Below, piece after piece: positions 54,514 to 64,000 of a DNA stretch of 64,000 nucleotides. Origin of the DNA: Selaginella moellendorffii (taxonomy: Eukaryota > Plantae > Lycopodiophyta); assembly GCF_000143415.4 (NCBI RefSeq), contig NW_003314353.1, forward strand, positions 443,559 to 507,558, read 5' to 3'. Numbering within the stretch: the first letter of the stretch is position 1; each line of letters starts with the position of its first letter. The notes under the pieces were generated by a model, which ran no database searches, was not told the DNA's origin, and worked only from the letters and a program-made list of their open reading frames with translations. Position numbers and translations under genes: made by a program.

Positions 54514-54930
54514 TGGTGCACCGGCGTGGGGAGTCACGCCAGGCATCTTGTGTGATGCCGTCCGTAGATGCATATACGGAGGTTGGGTTCGAGTCCCGAC
54601 CCTCTAGTGCTTGGGTTCGAGTCCCAAATCACTAGGGCGTGGTGATGGTTTGGAATATGAGGACACTCATATTTCGGTGGTCATGGACTCTCAGTGGGGA
54701 GACTGGTTTGGGCACACCGCCAAGCGAGGGATGCCTCGGAGTCGTGATGCATGGTTAGATTGCTTAGTGTGAAAGCTCGGCATATCTAACTTGAACGCTT
54801 TGGTGCAAGTGGCACCAAGGACGTGGTGAGTGAGATGGGGACACCTAATCTCAGTTGCTATGGACCCTTGGCCGTAAGGGCTGGCTTGGGTGCACCGCCA
54901 AGTGTGGGGGATGCCCCCGGGGTCATGGTC
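54514..54930 (+). other. Putative structured RNA / Pol III-like module inside the LARD
   Basis: A-box-like TGGTGCACCGG; abutting hairpins; two GGTTCGAGTCCC B-box/T-loop stems; a duplicated ~110-bp unit with compensatory changes. Confidence 0.55.
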
Positions 54931-56358
54931 AACAACTTAAAAAGTCTAGGAGACTTAACACCTATTGGCAAACCTGTTAAGGTGCCAAGGTTAGATCACT
55001 AGGTGATCTTATGGCCAGAACAAGGATGAGGTCCTTGTGAGGTTAAGGAACAAGGTTCCTAGTTCAAAGCATTGATTTGAACTATTGATAATGGTGTGGC
55101 TTGGTCAAGGTGACCAAGTGGGAAGGACACCTAAGGAAATGAACTACGACAATACAATGGCATTGTGAGTTCAAAGTAGTCTCTAGGAGAGACCCATGGG
55201 AGGGTCACAAAGTTGGGCCGTGGAAGGGGCCCATAGCAGGAAATGCTAAAGAGACCTACTAGGGGTGAGCACCCTTTGGACTTGGCAAAGTGGAGCTTTG
55301 CCATGAAACCAAAAGAATACCTCAAGGAGGGAGGTAGTGATCCGGTGTTGCTTGATGCAACAATCAATGGATAGGAGCAAAAGATGAGTGGCCAAGATAG
55401 GGCCGTGGAATCCCTTGGAAGGAATCCAAGAGGCAAAGTTAGGCGAGGAACACTAATGTGTTGGACGCTAACAAATTGCGGGAAAGGAAGTGTGTTTCCA
55501 AGGAGGGATTCCGAAATGCTCCGATTTGGCGAAAGGGGAAGCTCCAAGGGAGGGAGCGGTAAGGTAGCCAAATGATAGGGCCATGAACAGCCCTAGCATA
55601 AAGTATGATAACTGGAACTTTGGCACGAAATAGAAGAGAGGATGATGGTGTCCTCAAGTAGAGAACTTCCTAGGATGGGAAGTGGAGTTGCACAAAAGGT
55701 GCAAGGCAAGGTGTCGGAGACACCTAGGAAATTGACTCCAAGAAGTCAAAATTCAAAGTTCCAAAGTGCAAAGGTTATATCGATGGAAATTGAGACTACT
55801 CGAGAAAGAGTAGTGGGATTGACTTAGAGAAGGGTCTCTAAGAGGTTTAGCGGGAACTAAACCAATAAAAGGAGAGAACCACTACATGTGGTCCAATTAG
55901 TCTCTAAGTTGGAAAGACTACCCTCCTTAGAGGATGGGCAAGGCATGGTGAGCCTTTGGTGTCAAACCATTGAAGAATATGCAAAAGGCATGGTGAGCCT
56001 TCAATGTCAAACCCTTGACAAATATTGGCTAGGTGCCAAGGATGGAAATGGTAACACGTGCGGGTGTTACTTTATAAAATGGTTTACCGTTCGATGAGGA
56101 CATCGAACTTCGTCTATGGGTGGTGGAGTTGTGAGACACAAAATCCCTAGGCCCCAAAGTGGAGCCGGAAGGGCGCCACATGGTAGTGGCCGAAGCGAGA
56201 GCCAAACGAGCGTAACACGTTTGGACCAAAAGCTCCGACTTGAGAAGTCAAGAGCGGGAGTGGAACTCCCAATGAAGTGCTCGAGGAATGAGCACGAAGC
56301 GAGCAAAAGGCAAGGCTCCAAAAAGGGACCCAAAAGGACCAACACATGACACGTGGGA

Positions 56359-56791
56359 GTGTCCGAGATGGACTCGAGTTGGAGTCCGAAGTGGAGTCCG
56401 AGATGGACCCGAGATGGAGTCCGAGATGGAGTCCAAAGTGGAGTCCGAGGTGGATCCGAGATGGACCCGAGTTGGAGTCCGAAGTGGAGTCCGAGATGGA
56501 CCCGAGTTGGAGTCCGAAGTGGAGTCCGAGATGGACCCGAGATGGAGTCCGAGATGGAGTCCGAAGTGGAGTCCGAGGTGGACCCGAGATGGACCCGAGT
56601 TGGAGTCCGAAGTGGAGTCCGAGATAGACCCGAGATGGAGTCCGAGATGGAGTCCGAAGTGGAGTCCGAGTTGGACCCGAGATGGACCCGAGTTGGAGTC
56701 CGAAGTGGAGTCCGAGATGGACCCGAGATGGACCCGAGATGGAGTCCGAGATGGAGTCCGAGATGGAGTCCGAGATCGAGACCGAGACCGG

Positions 56792-56823
<32 letters not shown>

Positions 56824-56927
56824 TCGGAACCGAGACCGAGACCGAGGCCGAGGCCGAGACCGAGCCCGAGCCCGAGTCCGAATCCGAATCCGAGTCCGAG
56901 TCCGAGTCCGAGTCCGAGTCCGAGTCC
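56359..56927 (+). repeat. GC-rich minisatellite in the 3' LTR, 48 bp shorter than the 5' copy
   Basis: Read directly from the sequence. Confidence 0.97.
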
Positions 56928-59429
56928 GGAGCCTGAGAGGGTGAAAGCCCAAAGCGTTCGTCTCCCAGACCCTGGGGGGTTTGGTGAGCTCCAAAAGTAT
57001 AGTAGGGGGGAGGACTGCAGTGGAGCCAGTTTGGCCAGGAAAGGCCAGTTTGGCCCAGGAAGGCCGGACCCAGTGTTGGGTGAGGAGCTGCCCACTGGGA
57101 AGTCCAAGACTAGAGTGAACACAGACCGACAAGTGGGGTAGCTTGGTGAAGTGTTCAAGAGCCGGCTCTAGTTCCCCCGGGAGATCGACTGGCCGATGCT
57201 CCCAGTCCAAGTGTGGGTGGCACTACCTACTTGGATACCTGTTGTGGCTCAACGGAACCTCGCTCTAAGCCCATGGCTAGAGCACCTAAAGGCGAAAGGC
57301 GAGGAGAGTACCCAGGTGGCTTGCGTAAGGCCACGGTGTTCCGAAATGTTGTCCCAAAGGCCCAGACTGTGGAGAGGAAGAGGCGTAGTCCTCTGGGGTA
57401 GTGACCAAGGACACAGTCGTGTGGTGAGGAAGTCCCAGAGGACCGTGGGACTTAGTGGTCGGGCCTGTGGGTCTCGATCCAGTGGCAGTGTTGGCAAACA
57501 CGGCCAGGGGCAGAAAGGGACTTAGTGGGGACTGACAGAGGGATATTGGGGAAGGCTATTCCCCTTGTCGGTGGGCATCCTAAGGATGCTAAGGAGTGGA
57601 TCTGAGATGACCACTCACGGATGGTTTGCCTAGTCTTGGAGAGCCAAGACTGTGATGCAAGTGGTAGTGGACTACCAGTGTGGCAAAGGTGATTGGGCAT
57701 GGCTTTAGCGTAACGGGCTGCTATGTCGGTGGTACCTTTGAGTGTCGGTCATGGGATCGGACACGTGGAGCACTTGGACCAAGTGCAAATGTTGAGTGGC
57801 ATGGATGCCATTCTCGGGGCTAGCAAGTCCCAAGTCCTGGATTGGACTTATGGAGGTTGTGAACGAGACTCCTCCAAGTGGTCGGAGGTGTGGTTAAGTG
57901 ACTAAAGTAGAATGGAAAAATTAGTCGCTTACACCTTTATGTGTTGCTATTTCCAATTTTTATGGGATGTGATTACACAATTTGTCTTGTTTTTAATGTT
58001 TTGCCATCTTTTATTGATATGGAGTGTAACCATGACATCGATTGGCGAACTATGGATGATACAGTCTAATTCTTGGAGAATGTTCAAGGATTAAATTTAT
58101 GGGAAGACAATGTTTACGAGCTTGATTGGATTTTAGATTGTTTTGATAAGTTTGATTATTATATAGATAGGTTTAGAGATGAAGTGGAGATTTTGCGGGG
58201 TAGATATTCAATTCTTCAATTTTTCATCTGATCCTTTTTTTTACCTTTTTCTCTTTCTCAACCTTTTCTTATTTATCAGTTTGAGCCACCTTTTCATATT
58301 CCTAGTGTTCCTTCCTTATTTGTAATATTTCCTTTTTCTAACACATCAATTATTTTTATTGTTATAATTCTTATTCTCAGTCTAGTGTTGAGTTGAGTGT
58401 TTTCTATCCTCTTCATATTAAATTGAATGTTAAGTATATGCATGAAGTTGAGAATCTTGTTTTTGTTTCATTAATAAAGTCTTTGATCAATTCTAGTGTT
58501 AAATATTCCCATGTTCCAAGAGTTAAGTCACTCTGGCTAGAGTTTCAAGTTGAGTGCATGTCCCTAATTGAGAGTGCCACTGAAAGCCTTTAATTTATTA
58601 TTTTTGCTGAGGAGTTTATGTATTCCCTTAAGAGTATAGACATTATTATTAATTTTTTTGTCTCAAGTGTTGAGTAGTGCATTAAAGAGGTTGAGCAGTG
58701 TGAATCTTTTATTTATATTGTGGTGGCGGAAATATTTTATGATAGGAAGTCTCTTATTTTCCAAGCTTTGAGCACATATCTTTCTTTTAATTTCCTTTCT
58801 TTTTGTCTTTAACATTTTAATTTTCTTTTTCTTTAGAAGGAAGGGGTAGAGGGGATGGATGGGAGTACGACCCTAATGATGGAGTGAGGACAATCTATAG
58901 TGCACGTGGTTTTCACCCTTTATCCTATGGTAATTTATTATAGGATAACCATGAAACAAAACCTAAGCCTTTCATATGCCACATGTTAGATGCCATGTGC
59001 CATATGCTACACGTCCAAGGATAGTGAAGTGAACCCAAGTTTCAGAGACTTAGGCCATTGAATGAAAGAATGGAGCTAAACTCTTAAGTATGGAGTAAAG
59101 GAGCAGAGGTACTAAAGCACAAAACGACTTCTAAGTGTACAACCCAAAGAGCAAAGGGATACAAACACTTCAAGACTTAATAAAATCCAACACTACGGAC
59201 TAAACGCAATTAAATACTATTAACAGAGATAGAATTAATATATTAACATGGAAAAACCATGCAAGTCAAATGATATGATTCTCTGCAACACTATCCAATA
59301 AAGCAAGCCTATCACTGATAAATCTTCATCAAGCGAAGCAAGTGTCAAAAGTCTTCGACAAAGTCTACAAGTAATCACTAATCAAAAACTTATTTTAGGG
59401 TTTAAATTCTAAACCCTAAATCCTAAACC

Positions 59430-61940
59430 CTAAAATGGCAACCAACAACCACCTTTAACAAAATTCAAACACAAAACTCATGTCATCGAATTATATATTT
59501 GTCCAACAAAAACGGGTACAAAATATAAAAACATAGACAAGCACAAACTAAATGACTACTCAAATCCAATCATATAACAATAAGCTCACAAACATATATA
59601 GCCAATATCTCATAGTCTTCACTTTAGTTGCGACTAAGTGTTGATCATGCATAGCTAGCCTCTTTGAAACTAGACTCATATTGGTATATAACCTTTTAAT
59701 AGACAAAGTTATAGTACAGGTACTAACATCTCAACCTAAAAAAACTAAGTTAGACATCATCATCTTCAACCAAGGTATAAGGCTATTAAAACTAAATCAA
59801 GATCAATGAAAGCTCACCATTCTCATAGAGTTTAACGAAATGTAAAGTGTAACCTGCCATCAAATATAATACCATAAAAGAAAGGCATAATGGTCATCTT
59901 TCCAAAAAAAAGTAATAGCCATTTTTTTACATCACCTTTTTAAAAAAGCGCAATAAGCATTTAACTCCATATTTTATCCAACTCAATTGCCTTAGCCATA
60001 AAAAGTTAACATTCCTTTTAAGTCATATCATACAAACTATTTAGTAATGTTTAAGCTAACCAAAGTCAACTCCAACCCTTTCATTAGTTTGTACTAACTT
60101 ACGAAAAAAAATGGTTTTTGAAAAAAATGATTAACAAATTAGCTATTGGAAAAGTCTAAGAAATTTTTTTTTCATCAATCTAGAAATATAAATTCTCAAA
60201 ATTCAACCAACTTCCTACTACCAACAACTTCATATAGGTTTACCTCAACATAGATTCTCATGACCCAACAATATGTTTAAGCATCAAATATCTTGCCCAT
60301 ATTTCTGATATCTAACATTGACATCCGTAAATGCAAATGAATACCAAAAACTTGATTACAAAGACCACATCTTTAGACATCCACATTGCAATAATGGTTT
60401 TCTTTAATCACCTTCAAAATCCAATATGAAACAAAAATATTAATAATAAAAATGATATGGAAAATTAAGCTCTAAGGAAAGTTCTTCGTTATCTCCACTA
60501 ACACAAATGTTAACAAGTTAATACTTTAGTTACACACTTTCTCCATCCAATAATTTATTCCAAGTGCTAAGGGATTTACTAACAAGCTATAGCAAATACA
60601 TGCCATAACCTTTTCCAACACTATAATGAACAAACTCCAAAGGAACCAAGGTACCAATTCAAATTTAGCATAATAGATTATCATCGAGAACCAAGTCAAA
60701 GTTACTTTAATGTTACTATTTGCAAGTAGACTAGCTTCATTTTCAACCATTTTAGGGTTGATCATTGTTTAACCAAATAACTTCATATACATATTACTCA
60801 CGATCACATAGATATGATATATCACAATGACTTGATTATTAATCGAGCAATACATAGCTCACTAATAAAGATTTACAACACTGAACATCACCAACTTTAT
60901 TCATAATATAGACAAGCTCATACCACACTCTTTCCGACCAAACTCAAAATTAATTTTACACCAACCTACTCAAAGAGTAATAATAAAGTTCCTTGAAAAC
61001 AAAATTGAGCATTATAACTGAAGACTTCAATAGCAAACTTAAACAAAATGGTTTAGCACTTCACCACTATCCATCCCACGACTCACCACTTGTAAGACCA
61101 CCATAATTAACATGCATCAAAATTGACACTAATTGCATAATGTAAACATAAGCAATTCATACCTCATTACTAAATCATCTCTCAAAGAAAAAAAATAATT
61201 TATGTGTTTGATTCTTCCTCCTTAATGACTCTTTTTTGGACTTTACTTTGACCAAACCTCAAGTTTACATTTGCACTATCTTCAGTCTAATCCAAGAAAA
61301 GTTTATAAAAGAGCATGACAATGACTACTTGAACCAATAAATTAATCCTTACAGTTGATTGATCCACTTATAATCATGCCTAGGAAGGATCCACTAGTGT
61401 TATACTAAAAAGCTATAGATTAGATTATTTGCCACTCTTCACAAACCCCTCAATATTCACTAAATGATAACTTATTGTATCTACCAAACACCCTTGCTAT
61501 CATGCACCTTGTGTTAGTTTTGTTCAGTCATAATTGTTATTTATAAAATGTGTCTAGATTTGCTAATTTGGCATATTTATAAAATATAGAAATTATCCTG
61601 AACACAATGGTGTTTGTCCCATGCCCAAATTTGCAATCTAACACCATTCTATATTTAGTAAATCTTCCCTGGGTTCCCAACACGAGCAAGTGCAAGTTAA
61701 CAACATAAGTTTCTCATCACTATGATAAGTATGTCTAACTAAATGACAATTTAGGATTTCCTTCCTTAGTGCCTTTCTTGTCTAAGTGCACATGTGATAA
61801 CCAGTTTCTCAATTAATTTAGACAGAGATTGGTAAAGAGTTTAGCAATACCAACCTCTTGTTGTCGTGGCAGTAAAGAAAAAATATTTGAAAGGACTAAC
61901 CAATAGATAATTTTTGATACCTACAGTCATTTGCGATACG
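59430..61940. mobile_element. Highly decayed retroelement relics (RT/INT traces and an LTR related to 3185-3830)
   Basis: IMPF-like RT motif on the minus strand near 59890; 61530-61940 is homologous to 3250-3830. Confidence 0.45.
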
Positions 61941-63734
61941 AGTAAATATGATAATGGAGCGAAGATGAATGACATAGTTTATGGAGTGAGGATGAGCATA
62001 ACAAGTTTGAATGGAACATTTAACCTCAATATAGTGAAGTTAAATGGATGTGATAGTGGAATGAGGACGAGCATAACAAGTTTGAATAGAGCTAGTGCTT
62101 CAAAAAAAAAATTCTTTTGAGAAAGGGATAAAAAGGATATGAATGATAAATAGAGTAAGTCTAATTTTCTATATGCAATGCTAGATAAAGATGAAGAAGC
62201 AAGTTTTATTTATAGTTGTGAGTTTGAGTTAATAGTGATTTTGGAGAATTATCGGCAGGCAAACTTAAAACACGGGATATATCACTTGTTACAAGGGCAT
62301 TTAATAGACTATAGTGGTTATCAAAGAATTTTACTTTAGTTCAAAGTTATGATTTTAAAGTTAATTTAAGCATTTAGCAGTTGCATATACTAATTCATCA
62401 AGATTTTGTAATTAATTGATATTTATATTATAACTTTGGATTTTATTTTAGTCAAGATTGTCAACAGTTTTCTTGGTGATTTTATGAGAGTTTTAAATTC
62501 TTGTGATAATCTATAATCACCTAGTAAAAGCACTTGATTTATTATCATTATCTTTTTATCTTTCGAAGAGGAGGATAGTGTAAAATTTGTAAATATATAT
62601 ATATATTACTTTGGTTAGATAATACATTAATTATAGTCTATTTTGGATTAAATCTAGTTCATCCATTCTTATATATAAGCAAGGGTCTAAACCCCAATTG
62701 ATATATCTTTTCCTATATCCCGAGCACTCATAAGTGGAAATATACCATTATATTGTTATATATCTTCTTATGAATTTATTAATTTGATGCAAATAATATA
62801 ATCACCCTTAAAAAATAAATTTTATTACTTTTATAATATTTATATTTTAGAACTTGAAGAGTGGAAGAAATTTAAGAAATTTAAGACATTTTTAAAATTA
62901 ACAATTCATTTAATTATGGATGAATGTTTGCATTTTAAATAAAAAATAACATAATATATTCTATCGTGATATTTTTGACTGACTTCTTGAAGATAGGAAT
63001 ATATTATTCCTGAAAGACCTTCAGTCTTTTACTCTTTTGTAAGTTCCTTAATTCAATAAATACATTTGATATATATTCAATAAATATATATAAATAAATG
63101 CTATTACTTATAAATTGATGAACCACATCATAGTTATTAAATTTATTTTCTCTTAATAAATTTAACTAAATAGTTGTATGAAAAAATTATGCCTAAATTG
63201 AGATTTTTACATGGTTTCAATGACTGAAATTCTAAATGTTGGCTTGTTGTAAATAAAAAACAGTGAAAATACTCTATGCATCTCATGGTGTTTTAAATTC
63301 TGGGAGATACATCAGGTTTCTGTGAAACCTAAACCCTCACCAACTGAGTTGAGAGATAATATCCAACTTGGTCCATTTCTTTCCTAGTCTTCTCCTGAAC
63401 TTTACAAAGAACTACCTTTATGAGAGCCTTCCCATGCGGTTGTTTCCTTGCGGTGGATCCCTTCCCACACAGCCAATGTGGATCTTCATCCCAGCAAAGA
63501 GCAAAGTGATCCAAGGTAAGAAAACCCGTCACTAGTAACTAGAGTATCTTTAACCCGAACGTCCCTGATATCTAAGAGAATGGATGAAGGCGAATGGAAG
63601 AAATGGATCCAAAAGAGCTTGGATACACAAGGAGATCTTGGTTAATAGAGACACGCAACAAACATAAACACTCACAGACCATTTGCATTTCTGCTTTGAG
63701 CGCTTTAAACAAAATGGTAAGATTCTTTTACTTG

Positions 63735-64000
<266 letters not shown>

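Larger units (their letters stand above)
50187..57933 (+). mobile_element. Young non-autonomous LARD-like LTR element (7747 bp)
   Basis: LTRs 50187-52038 (1852 bp) and 56130-57933 (1804 bp), TG..CA, nearly identical; perfect TSD CCTTT; PBS TGGTATCGGAGC 52042-52053; PPT-like ATGGGTGGTGGAG; 4.1-kb interior has no gag/pol ORF. Confidence 0.95.
49591..62752 (+). mobile_element. Old AT-rich LTR element acting as host for the LARD and other insertions (boundaries approximate)
   Basis: LTR-like copies ending ~49920 and at ~62579-62752 (preceded by PPT GAAGAGGAGGATAG); internal pieces 49921-50186 and 57939-58830 are homologous to 8930-9990. Confidence 0.5.

Noticed and set aside
54507-54610. Genuine tRNA gene (Ser/Leu/Sec-like four-arm layout)
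   Set aside because: No acceptor stem can be formed and the arm lengths are non-canonical; kept only as a tRNA-like module.
59394-59434. Interstitial telomere or fusion site (TTTAGGG followed by about three CCCTAAA-like units)
   Set aside because: Too short; such telo-box-like motifs are common in plant promoters and TEs.

Overview
Eukaryotic land-plant genomic DNA. The very short (~50-70 bp) introns and compact gene spacing suggest a Selaginella-like lycophyte (inference). There are two 100-N assembly gaps. About two thirds of the window is LTR-retroelement sequence: (i) a decayed Ty3/Gypsy element (12248-20457) that has a 5S-carrying Cassandra-like solo LTR, TRIMs and an inverted chimeric insert nested in it; (ii) a young Ty1/Copia element with non-canonical TG..CT ends (33785-38427); (iii) a young 7.7-kb non-coding LARD-like element with ~1.8-kb minisatellite-bearing LTRs (50187-57933), plus older copies of it; and (iv) AT-rich relics. 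Apparently intact host genes are UGP3, an intronless TAF10, the 3' end of PDS, and a 337-aa intronless orphan with two decayed paralogues. Between them lie many pseudogenes or gene fragments: TEB/POLQ-type helicase (twice), subtilase, a divergent Dof, ECA-type Ca-ATPase, WEE1, PP2C, F-box and CCR-like. Highlights: a hairpin-dense, apparently covarying RNA module with twin tRNA T-loops/B-boxes inside the LARD; a hidden secreted Cys/Trp-repeat peptide gene split by the Gypsy insertion; a Gypsy-TRIM chimera that points to a helper/parasite pair; and an orphan family resembling inactivated Crinkler-type nucleases. All calls were made by eye, with no database searches.
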